DNA from: Alphaproteobacteria bacterium
GTDB taxonomy: Bacteria; Pseudomonadota; Alphaproteobacteria; RS24
Length of the DNA: 64,000 nt
Assembly: GCA_949498175.1 (NCBI GenBank)
Contig: CATDDF010000041.1
Span: 1,690-65,689 of the forward strand
Direction of reading: 5' to 3'
Shown: positions 48,317 to 57,200 of the stretch, piece after piece
How positions within the stretch are numbered: position 1 is the stretch's first letter
Layout of the letters: each line of letters starts with the position of its first letter
Translations under genes and position numbers: made by a program
The notes under the pieces: model-generated
The model's database searches: none
What the model was told of the DNA's origin: nothing
What the model saw: the letters and a program-made list of their open reading frames with translations, nothing else

Positions 48317-49932
48317 TATTGCGCTGCGTAAAATGGATGGTGCTGTTGCCGTTTTTCGTAAATGGGGCGTTGGCGCAAGAAGCAGAACCTGCCCCATCGC
48401 CCGCGGCTCCTGTCGAAAAACTGGCGGCAGTGCAGGATATGGCAGCGGCTGACCCGCAAGATCCGTTTGTGCGCGGACTGAAAAGGTTGGATGAAAAATT
48501 GCGTCTGCAACGCGAAGCCGAAGAATTGGCGCGCCGTGCGTTGGAATTGCAGCGCGAGGCCGAGCGCCGTGCCGAACAAGAGGCGATGGGCATTGAGGCT
48601 GAAGATGAAGAGCTGATTGAGGAGGAAGAAATCGTCATTCCGGCGCCGATTTCCGATCCTGATTTTTTCACCGCTTTTGCGGCGCGCAAATATCGCCTGG
48701 ACGGTCTCGTATTGTCGCGACCGCAAAGCAAGCCGACCATCCATATTCTCGAGGAAGTGCGCAAACCCATAGGCGGCGATTTGTTTTGGTCGGGCCGAGA
48801 TCGGCGCTGGGTCTATATGCGCCGCAAGGGCGAAACTTTATCCTCCATTGCGCGCAAGTTGGTCATGCAAACAGCCGATATTCTGGCAATGAATAATGCG
48901 CTGCGCGAGAGCCAATTGCCTGATCCGATGCGCTTTTATGTCAGCCCGCGTGACAATGGCCCGCTGACCCATATTATTTTGCGCAGCGATACGCTGGAAA
49001 AACTGGCCAAAATTTATGACACGGATGTGCCGCGCTTGCGCGTCCGCAATGATTTGGGTGACGATGACAAGCTGGTTTTGGGGCGGCGTTTCCTGATTCG
49101 TGAAAAAGCCATTGACGACCGTCTGGCGCGCATGGCCGTGCCCAAGCCGCAAAAAATCGATGACAGTAAATTATCTATGGCGCGCCAGCCCTATGCGCGG
49201 CTTGGCCAATTTTCTGATGAGAAAAAAGCGATGCGTGGGGCACGCGAATTTTATGCCAAATATTATGAATTTATGGACAGCGATATTTCGCTGCGCCGCG
49301 AGCGCGATGATGCACAAAAAGGCAAAAGCTTTTACAATATGGATATCGGGCCTTTGCGCTCAGAGCGTCATGGCGAGGCCTATTGCGCTTTGTTCCGCAA
49401 AGATGAGATGCCGTGCATTGTTGTCTATCGTGTGCCGGGGCCAGAGCGGGCGCGCAATTTCGACAGCCAGGCAATTATCTCTGTCAGCCCTTATGTTTAT
49501 TTTGACGGCGATGATGAGCTTGATAGCGGGCGCACTGATGTGGCGCGTTTGACCAAGCTGGAATATTTCCTCACTGAAGGGCAAGAGCTTGGTAATGCCG
49601 ATGGCACGATTGCCAAGATTACCAATGACCGCATCATGTTGACCGATGCCAATGGCTATTTGCTGACCTTGCCACTCAATTATGTGCCGGAAGTCGATCC
49701 GGAAGAAAAACGCCGTGCAGCCGAGGCGGCACGCCAAGCCGCCATGCAAAAAGCCGCTGAGGCAGCGAGCGCAGCGGCCGAGGCAGCGGGCAATGTCGAT
49801 GTCGATGTGCCGGGTCCCGAAGATACGGCATTGGGCCAGCGATTGCAGAACAATGAAGCCAAACGCCGCGAAGGGTCGCAAGGCTTTATCAAAGCATTGG
49901 CCGAGAAACCCAAAAAGCTTGACGAGAAATGA
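48313..49932 (+). CDS. Exported LysM-LysM-SPOR-PilP-like multidomain protein
   Basis: Sec signal (…GALA|QE); LysM-like RKGETLSSIARK and LRSDTLEKLAKIY; SPOR-like YARLGQF…IGP…AYC; PilP-like TEGQELGNADGTIAKITNDRIML. Confidence 0.65.
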   Translation: MILRCVKWMVLLPFFVNGALAQEAEPAPSPAAPVEKLAAVQDMAAADPQDPFVRGLKRLDEKLRLQREAEELARRALELQREAERRAEQEAMGIEAEDEELIEEEEIVIPAPISDPDFFTAFAARKYRLDGLVLSRPQSKPTIHILEEVRKPIGGDLFWSGRDRRWVYMRRKGETLSSIARKLVMQTADILAMNNALRESQLPDPMRFYVSPRDNGPLTHIILRSDTLEKLAKIYDTDVPRLRVRNDLGDDDKLVLGRRFLIREKAIDDRLARMAVPKPQKIDDSKLSMARQPYARLGQFSDEKKAMRGAREFYAKYYEFMDSDISLRRERDDAQKGKSFYNMDIGPLRSERHGEAYCALFRKDEMPCIVVYRVPGPERARNFDSQAIISVSPYVYFDGDDELDSGRTDVARLTKLEYFLTEGQELGNADGTIAKITNDRIMLTDANGYLLTLPLNYVPEVDPEEKRRAAEAARQAAMQKAAEAASAAAEAAGNVDVDVPGPEDTALGQRLQNNEAKRREGSQGFIKALAEKPKKLDEK

Positions 49933-49974
49933 TGCTTTTCGGCAATAATCAAGCGCAGATTGGGGTGAGGGTTT

Positions 49975-51732
49975 ATGGTTGAGTATACCAAAGATGTGGC
50001 AGATCGCGTGTTGCGTATTCTTCGAGCCAGCGGGCAGATTGAAGAAGGCAGAATGACCGAAATCATGGTGCAGGCGGAGTCGCGCTCGGCGCGCGCGCTC
50101 AGCCTTATCATGCAAGGGGTCAGCGACCCTTATGATGAGGGCGAGAAATCGCAGCCGCTGGTCGAAGAAGAATTGGTGGTCAATATTTTGTCGCGCGCCT
50201 ATGCGCTCAGGCGCAAAAACCTCGCTCCCGGCGATGTCTCCGCCGAAGCCTTGACCTCGCTGCCGAAAGATATGATTGAGCGCGAGCATATTTTACCCTT
50301 TGCCCGTGAGGGGCGGTTTTTGCGCGTCGCGACGGTCGACCCGACCAAAGCGACCTTGGCCAATCAAATCAAGGCTTTGAGCAATCAGAATGTCGAGTTT
50401 TTTCTCATCAAGCCGAGCGAATTCAACGCCTGTATGGGGCATGAAGAAGTGCAAAGCGCTTTGGGACAGAAAAAAGAAGAAGCCAAAGCCGCCGCGCCTG
50501 CCCCCGAAGCGGCGCGCCCGCAGCCGCGCAAGCGCTCAAGCTATGATATTGATGACCCCAGCGTGGTGATTAAATTTGTTGATGATATTTTGCATCAATC
50601 AGTGATTACCGACACCAGTGACATTCATGTCGAGCCCTATCGTGAGACGGCACGCATACGCTTTCGCATTAATGGTGTGCTGGAAGCGCAAGATCAGTTT
50701 TCTGAATTTCTTTTTCACAATTACCTTGCCGTGGTTACGCGCTTCAAAATTCTTGCCGATTGCGATATATCGGAAAAACGCTTGCCGCAAGACGGAGCCA
50801 TTACCTTTAAGGCACCTGATGGAGAAGATGTCGATACGCGCTTTAATGTGCTGCCCGGCAAAAACGGCGAGCGTATTTGTATCCGCCTGCTGAAAGGCGA
50901 CCCGTCACTATCGATTGATAAAATCGGCTTTAAGGAAGCGGATTTGCAAAAGCTTATCGATGCCATTACTGCGCCGCAGGGTATGGTGCTGGTAACCGGC
51001 CCGACCGGTTCGGGCAAAACGACAACGCTCTATGGCGCGTTGCAATATATTAATGATCCGGGCACCAATATTATGACGGCGGAGGATCCGGTCGAATATT
51101 ATCTCGAAGGTTTGGGGCAGACGCAGGCCAATGAAAAAATCGGCCTGTCTTTTTCTTCCATATTGCGCGCCTTTTTGCGGCAAGATCCGGAGGTTATTCT
51201 GGTCGGCGAGATTCGCGACCAAGAGACGGTTGAGATTGCCGTCAAAGCGGCTTTGACCGGCCATTTGCTCTTATCAACCTTGCATACCAATGACGCGATT
51301 GCGACCATATCGCGCCTGCTCAATATGGGCGTACCGAGTTTTATGATTTCCGCCGCTTTGTCGCTTGTTGTGGCGCAGCGTTTGGCGCGCAAAAACTGCC
51401 CCGATTGTCTCGTGCCCGACGATACGGCAAACCCTGCCGCGCTGAAATATATCGGTTTCACCGATGAAGAAATTCAAAGCTTCCAGCCGAAAAAGGGCAG
51501 CGGTTGCGCGAGCTGCGACGGCAGCGGTTATAAGGGGCGGCAGGGCATTTATGAGGTCTTGCGCGTCACACCTGAGGTCGAAGAGGCGATTTTGAAACAG
51601 GCCCAAGCACCGGAAATTTTGGAGGCGGCGCGCGTTGATAATTTCATGACCATGCAAGAAGTCGGACGCGATTATATTCGCGATGGCGTGTTATGTTTGG
51701 AAGAGTTTACACGCGTATTGGTAGTCAATTAA
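49975..51732 (+). CDS. pilB: Type IV pilus extension ATPase
   Basis: SDIHVEP, EKRLPQDG, GPTGSGKTT, AEDPVEY, LRQDPEVI, GHLLLSTLHTN and tetra-Cys CPDC/CASC. Confidence 0.93.
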   Translation: MVEYTKDVADRVLRILRASGQIEEGRMTEIMVQAESRSARALSLIMQGVSDPYDEGEKSQPLVEEELVVNILSRAYALRRKNLAPGDVSAEALTSLPKDMIEREHILPFAREGRFLRVATVDPTKATLANQIKALSNQNVEFFLIKPSEFNACMGHEEVQSALGQKKEEAKAAAPAPEAARPQPRKRSSYDIDDPSVVIKFVDDILHQSVITDTSDIHVEPYRETARIRFRINGVLEAQDQFSEFLFHNYLAVVTRFKILADCDISEKRLPQDGAITFKAPDGEDVDTRFNVLPGKNGERICIRLLKGDPSLSIDKIGFKEADLQKLIDAITAPQGMVLVTGPTGSGKTTTLYGALQYINDPGTNIMTAEDPVEYYLEGLGQTQANEKIGLSFSSILRAFLRQDPEVILVGEIRDQETVEIAVKAALTGHLLLSTLHTNDAIATISRLLNMGVPSFMISAALSLVVAQRLARKNCPDCLVPDDTANPAALKYIGFTDEEIQSFQPKKGSGCASCDGSGYKGRQGIYEVLRVTPEVEEAILKQAQAPEILEAARVDNFMTMQEVGRDYIRDGVLCLEEFTRVLVVN

Positions 51733-51741
51733 GGTGACGTC

Positions 51742-52974
51742 ATGACGTTTTATGTTTATGCCGGGCTGCAGGGTAAGAAAAAAGTAAGAGGCCAGATTGA
51801 AGCCAATAGTATGGCGCGCGCGCGATCGGCTTTGCGCCAGCAGCGCATCAAGGTCAAAAAAATCAAAGAGATTAAAGAAAAGAAAAAAAGCGCGCTCGAT
51901 ATTCAAATCACATGGGGCCCGTTCGGGTCGATACCGAGCAAGGAAATCCTCATGTTCACCAAGAAATTATCGACCATGATACGCGCCGGTCTACCGATTT
52001 TGGACGGGTTGATCATGGTGGCAGGGCAGACCAAAAACCCCAATATGAAGCGCGTGACGCAACAAATGATTTCCACACTCAATGACGGTAAGCCCCTCTC
52101 GGAAGCCTTTAAGGAGCATGACCGGCATTTTGACAATGTTTATCGCAATATGATTGAGGCCGGCGAAGTGTCGGGTATGCTCGATAAATTCATCGATAAG
52201 CTGGTGGAAATTCTCGAGAAGCAGCAAAAAATTAAAGCCGGAATCAAATCGGCCATGTTTTATCCGGTGACATTGATTACCGTCTCGGTCGGCATTTCCA
52301 TTTTCATGCTGACCAATGTGGTACCGACATTCCAAGAAATGTATGCCGGTATGGGCATTGCGTTGCCCGGCCCGACCCAAGCCATTGTCGATGCCAGTAA
52401 TTGGATTGCCGATATAAATAATGTGCTGGGCGTGTTTGCCGTGGTGTTCGGCATTATTGCCTTTCATAGCCTGATGACCAAATATGTGCGTCCTTATCGC
52501 TTTTTATGGCACTTGCTTTTGCTCAAAATGCCCCTGTTTGGCGGCATTATCATGATGGCGGTGGTGGCGCGCTCATCTTTGCTCATGGCCAATCTGTTCG
52601 CCGCTGGCGTCAGCGTGCTGGAAACTTTAACCGTGGCGTCAACCGTGACCACCAATGTGCATTTCATGGGGGCGTTTGACCGCGTCAAACGCGATGTCAT
52701 GACCGGCGCTGAATTGTCATCGCTTTTCGCCAAGGAGAAAGTTTTTCCGATTGAGTTGTCGCAGCTCATCGCAGTCGGCGAGCGCACCGGTAATATGGAA
52801 GAAATGCTCAATTCCATCGCCAATTATTATGAAGAAGAATTTGACGCGCTGGTGGAAGGTCTGTCGACGGTAATCGAGCCGGTGATGATTGTTTTTGTCG
52901 GCGGTCTTATCGGTATGATGGTGGTGGCTTTGTATCTGCCCATCTTCTCAGCCGGTGATTTGGCCGGCGGTTAA
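51742..52974 (+). CDS. pilC: Type IV pilus platform protein
   Basis: Two GspF domains, AGEVSG, KSAMFYP, GERTG and IEPVMIV..ALYLPIF. Confidence 0.93.
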   Translation: MTFYVYAGLQGKKKVRGQIEANSMARARSALRQQRIKVKKIKEIKEKKKSALDIQITWGPFGSIPSKEILMFTKKLSTMIRAGLPILDGLIMVAGQTKNPNMKRVTQQMISTLNDGKPLSEAFKEHDRHFDNVYRNMIEAGEVSGMLDKFIDKLVEILEKQQKIKAGIKSAMFYPVTLITVSVGISIFMLTNVVPTFQEMYAGMGIALPGPTQAIVDASNWIADINNVLGVFAVVFGIIAFHSLMTKYVRPYRFLWHLLLLKMPLFGGIIMMAVVARSSLLMANLFAAGVSVLETLTVASTVTTNVHFMGAFDRVKRDVMTGAELSSLFAKEKVFPIELSQLIAVGERTGNMEEMLNSIANYYEEEFDALVEGLSTVIEPVMIVFVGGLIGMMVVALYLPIFSAGDLAGG

Positions 52975-52975
52975 G

Positions 52976-53215
52976 CTAGCCGATCGGTTCGGTCGGTTCG
53001 CCTTCGCCGCACCAATCATCTTCAAATGTTTTTGGCCAGCTGGTGCCGGTATCGGCATCATCGGCAATAATGGCCGGGGCGGGCGCTTTGCGGCGGCACA
53101 GCCCCTCGGGCGTTTTGGTCGGGCGGGCAATCATATGCGCGTCCCAAAACCGACAATGGCGGCAATGGACAATCGGCACGGGCGCAACAGGTGGGGCAAA
53201 ATCGCTATCACTCAT
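52976..53215 (-). CDS. Small four-Cys hypothetical protein
   Basis: C-x2-C-x18-C-x28-C with GLC and DWCGE. Start 53215 or 53236. Confidence 0.6.
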   Translation of the reverse strand: MSDSDFAPPVAPVPIVHCRHCRFWDAHMIARPTKTPEGLCRRKAPAPAIIADDADTGTSWPKTFEDDWCGEGEPTEPIG

Positions 53216-53316
53216 AGGCAGAAACTGGGTTATCATGGCGAAAAAAGCAAGTTTGATTATGCAAACAGGCGCATTAAACTATAATGGTGAGTGAATTTTG
53301 ATGTCGTGGGTTGCTT

Positions 53317-54258
53317 ATGAGTGCTGCTGAAGAAAAGCCGGTCGGGGATATGCCTGACCTTGCCTGTCTGGCCAATGTGGTTGATGCCGTTTTGGTCACG
53401 GTGCGCGATAAGAAAGAGCAAGTGCGTCTGGCACTGGCTGCCATGTTGTCGGGCGGTCATTTATTGATTGAAGATGCACCGGGCATGGGCAAGACCAGTC
53501 TGGCGCGCGCGCTGGGTCATCATTTGCAGCTTGATTGGTCCCGCCTGCAATGCACCAATGACACGACCCCATCCGATATTGTCGGGGTAAATATTTTTGA
53601 CCCGAAAAGCGGTGATTTCCAGTTCCGCCAAGGGCCGGTTTTCACCCAACTTTTGCTCGCCGATGAATTGAATCGCGCGCCGTCGAAAAGCCAATCGGCT
53701 TTATTGGAGGCCATGGCCGAACGCCAAGTGACGGTAGATGGGGCAAGTTTTGCTTTGCCCGAACCGTTTATCGTCATTGCCACGCAAAACCCGACCGAAC
53801 AAATCGGTGTATCGCCACTGCCCGAGAGCCAGCTCGACCGTTTTGCCGTTTCTTTCAGTCTCGGCCTGCCATCCGATGCGGTGGAGGGGGATATTCTGCG
53901 TGCCGCCATATCGGGGGAAGAAAATTTCGAACAGGGAGAGCCGGTTTTGGCAGGCGGTGATTTTAATGTGCTGCGCCGCCATTGTGCCAAAATCACTTTT
54001 GGCGATGCCATTATCGCTTATCTGCAAGCTTTGGCGACGCAATTGCGCGCCGCCAGCCTGCCCAATTTGTCAGTGCGCGCGCTGATACAAATCAAAGGGC
54101 TGGCGCAGGCGCACGCCATGATTGAGGGGCGTGATTTTTGTCAGCCTGAAGATGTGCAAGCGGTTTTCGTGCCTGCTCTGCGCCATCGTTTGGGGCCGGT
54201 CAGCAGCGCCAATATCGCCCTTTTGCAGGATATTTTGCAGCAAGTGGAAGTGCCGTAA
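53317..54258 (+). CDS. moxR: MoxR family AAA+ ATPase
   Basis: GHLLIEDAPGMGKT, LADELNRA, ATQNP and LPESQLDRF. Confidence 0.92.
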   Translation: MSAAEEKPVGDMPDLACLANVVDAVLVTVRDKKEQVRLALAAMLSGGHLLIEDAPGMGKTSLARALGHHLQLDWSRLQCTNDTTPSDIVGVNIFDPKSGDFQFRQGPVFTQLLLADELNRAPSKSQSALLEAMAERQVTVDGASFALPEPFIVIATQNPTEQIGVSPLPESQLDRFAVSFSLGLPSDAVEGDILRAAISGEENFEQGEPVLAGGDFNVLRRHCAKITFGDAIIAYLQALATQLRAASLPNLSVRALIQIKGLAQAHAMIEGRDFCQPEDVQAVFVPALRHRLGPVSSANIALLQDILQQVEVP

Positions 54259-54268
54259 GAGATGGGTC

Positions 54269-55237
54269 ATGGCCGAGCGTGACAGGCAAAACAGACGGCG
54301 CCTTTCTTTTTTTGAGCGTTTGACCCGGCGGCTCACCCTGCGGCGACGCAAATGGACAAGCGGGGCGTGGCAAATTCGCCAAAGCCATATTTTCATTCTT
54401 CCCAATCGCTATGGGTTTTATGCCGGATTTCTGGTGCTCGCCAGTTTTGCCATGGGCTATAAGGTGCAGAACAATTTCATTCTGCTCGGCGTGATTTTCT
54501 TGTTTTTGGTGTTTATGCTGTCGCTTATTGCCAGTGTGCGTAACATTCAGGGCTTGAAGATCAATGTGCAGATCGAGCCTTACTATTACGCCGGTGCCAT
54601 GCACCATATTCGCCTTTCCTTTCGCAAAGACCAGCCCGCTTTCAACCTCAAACTGAGCGGTCCGATGGGCGATGTGGTGCTTGACTTATCGCATGGCGCG
54701 ACCAGTCTTTTATTGCCGGTCGGGCAATTGCCCCGCGGCGTGCATGATGTGCCGGCTTTGAAGATTGAAACCTTATTTCCTTTCGGAATTGCCCGCGCTT
54801 GGAGTTGGCTGCGCCCGCCGGGCGATTTGGTGATTGCGCCCATGCCCAGTGAGCGCGCCATTGCCGCCTATCCGCGCGGCAATCCGGCGATGGCGCAAAG
54901 TGCTGATGAAAAGCGCCAGCAAAATAATTTTGCCGATGAGCTGGGTGATTTACGCGATTATGGCGATAGCGACCCGCCGGCGCGTATTGATTGGAAACGC
55001 TATGCGGCGACCCGCGAAACCATGGTGCGTGATCACGGGCTTGACGCACAAGGCGAACTGATTTTGCGTCAGCCCAAGGGTGATTTGGAAAACGGCCTGT
55101 CTTATTTATCGGGCGGGCTTTTGGTCGCCGAGCGCATTGGCGCACCGGTGCGCATGGTTTTGCAGGGTAATGATTATCAAATTTACGATAAACCGGCGCG
55201 GGAGAAAGCCTATTATGCTTTGGCGCGAACACAATAG
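54269..55237 (+). CDS. DUF58 family membrane protein
   Basis: Two N-terminal TMs, FPFGIARAW and LRDY...DPPARIDWK; follows moxR. Confidence 0.85.
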   Translation: MAERDRQNRRRLSFFERLTRRLTLRRRKWTSGAWQIRQSHIFILPNRYGFYAGFLVLASFAMGYKVQNNFILLGVIFLFLVFMLSLIASVRNIQGLKINVQIEPYYYAGAMHHIRLSFRKDQPAFNLKLSGPMGDVVLDLSHGATSLLLPVGQLPRGVHDVPALKIETLFPFGIARAWSWLRPPGDLVIAPMPSERAIAAYPRGNPAMAQSADEKRQQNNFADELGDLRDYGDSDPPARIDWKRYAATRETMVRDHGLDAQGELILRQPKGDLENGLSYLSGGLLVAERIGAPVRMVLQGNDYQIYDKPAREKAYYALARTQ

Positions 55238-57200
55238 GCTATTGTTTTTGCCGGGTACGGCGCAGGCGCAATTAACCGCGCTCTTATTGGCCTCGGCCGC
55301 GTCCCCCGTGGCGCTGACCATGGCCTATTTTATCGATATGCGCGCTTTTATTTTATGGTTGCTCATGTGGCCGGTCACGCTGATGCCGCGGCGTTGGTGG
55401 CGTACGGTTTTTCTTCTGGCCCTTATCCCGTTCATGCTGGCGGTCTTGGCACAATTGGCGCGCCCGCCGCAAGCGCCCTATTTCATGCTGGTTATTTTGG
55501 TCTTATCCGTATGTGAACAGGTCGGCGAAGACGGGCGGCCCGGTGCCTTTAATCTCATCGGCGTCATTTTTCCGGCGCTTTGCGTGATGGTTTTATCGAC
55601 CAATGTATTTGTTTTTTTGCTGCTTTTGCTGGCAGTGATATTTTATGCTGGGGTTTATACTTTGCGCATTAATGATATGCCGCTTTCAGGCCTGCGCATC
55701 CGCCTGTTGCCGATTGTATTGGCTTTGTCGGGCTCACTGTTTTTTGCCATTGCCGCTTTCATTCTCATGCCGCGCATTAACCCCGCTGCCATTCCCGGCC
55801 TGGTTGCACCGCAAGCCTCAAGCGGGGTCGGGGAGCGCCTCGATATGGGGCGCTTTTCGGAAGTCATATTAAATGGCGACGATGCATTTCGCGCTTTTGT
55901 CGACGCCCCCTTGCCGCAAGAAGATTTATACTGGCGGGTTCATGTTTTGGGGCTGATGGAGGGGGCAAGCTGGCTGCGGGACCCGCGCCGCGACAGTCAA
56001 ATCGGTGCTTTGCCTTTTGACAAAAGGCTGGGCCGCGTTGACCGGCGATTGCGTTATGGCGTTCGTCATGCACGCCCAGCACCCGATTGGCATCCTGTGC
56101 TGGGCGTGGCCTTGGCACCGCGTATTGATGAAAATGCGCGGCTCAATCGGTTTGGCGAATATGTCAAACAAACGCGTCGCAGCGTGCTGAAACAACAAGT
56201 GGTGATGCAATCCAGTATCGATAATCCTTATCGCGCCAATGTGCCTCATATGTTGCAAATCACCGGCCAAGCAAGGCTGACTGCGTGGGCACGAGAAAAA
56301 TATGCCGCCGTTGGTTCGCGCCGCGCCTTTATCGATATGATGCTGGCTCATTTCGCGTCCGGCGATTATCAATATACGCTGCGCCCGCAAGCCTTGACCG
56401 GCCCACCGGCCCAGCGTTTGGATAATTTTTTCTTTAATACGAAAAACGGTTATTGCAGCCATTACGCCATGGCTATGGCAACGGCGCTCCGCGCGGCCGG
56501 CATTCCGGCCAATGTGATTATCGGTTATCAGGGCGGCGAGTGGAACGGGTTCGGGCAATATTACCGCATCCGCCAATCGGACGCCCACGCTTGGGTGGAA
56601 GCGGAAATCGAGCCCGGGCAGTGGCTGCGCCTCGATCCGACTCAATTTGTGCCAAGCGGGGCGAGCCGTTTTCAAAGCCGCCAATTTGCCGCCACAAATA
56701 TTGAAAACCAGCCCGGCTGGCGCGGCGCTGTGGCACGCAGCTTGCAGCGGGTCGATGCATTTGTGGTGCGCTTGAGCAGCGATATTGTGCTTTATGATGA
56801 ACAGGCCCGCCGCGAATTATTGTCGGGCACGGTATTGGGTCGGCTGCTCTCATTTATCAGTTTTTGGCTGTTTGCCAGCCTCGCTTTGATTGTGCCACTG
56901 TTTTTGTGGCGTTGGTGGGTACGGCGCGATGTGATGGTGCGGCTCGACCGGCAATTTCAAGCCCTAGCTCGAAAAGACGGCTTGCAGCGCGCCTTCCATG
57001 AGGGACGCATGGATTTTGCCCGTCGCTGGGCGAAAAAAATGCCGCTTCTGGATGATCATGTGCAGCGCTTTGCCGAGATATTTTGCCGTCTGACTTATGG
57101 GCCCCCCATTGCAAAAAGTGATAGGCGTGCGGCGCAAAGCCTGATGAAACAACACTTGCAGCTTATCCGGCGCGCGCGACGGCAAATCGGCATGCGCTAA
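55215..57200 (+). CDS. tgpA: Transglutaminase TgpA family membrane protein (DUF3488 plus transglutaminase core)
   Basis: Multi-TM N-terminus; catalytic triad GYCSHYA, DAHAWVE and LDPT. Confidence 0.85.
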   Translation: MLWREHNRLLFLPGTAQAQLTALLLASAASPVALTMAYFIDMRAFILWLLMWPVTLMPRRWWRTVFLLALIPFMLAVLAQLARPPQAPYFMLVILVLSVCEQVGEDGRPGAFNLIGVIFPALCVMVLSTNVFVFLLLLLAVIFYAGVYTLRINDMPLSGLRIRLLPIVLALSGSLFFAIAAFILMPRINPAAIPGLVAPQASSGVGERLDMGRFSEVILNGDDAFRAFVDAPLPQEDLYWRVHVLGLMEGASWLRDPRRDSQIGALPFDKRLGRVDRRLRYGVRHARPAPDWHPVLGVALAPRIDENARLNRFGEYVKQTRRSVLKQQVVMQSSIDNPYRANVPHMLQITGQARLTAWAREKYAAVGSRRAFIDMMLAHFASGDYQYTLRPQALTGPPAQRLDNFFFNTKNGYCSHYAMAMATALRAAGIPANVIIGYQGGEWNGFGQYYRIRQSDAHAWVEAEIEPGQWLRLDPTQFVPSGASRFQSRQFAATNIENQPGWRGAVARSLQRVDAFVVRLSSDIVLYDEQARRELLSGTVLGRLLSFISFWLFASLALIVPLFLWRWWVRRDVMVRLDRQFQALARKDGLQRAFHEGRMDFARRWAKKMPLLDDHVQRFAEIFCRLTYGPPIAKSDRRAAQSLMKQHLQLIRRARRQIGMR

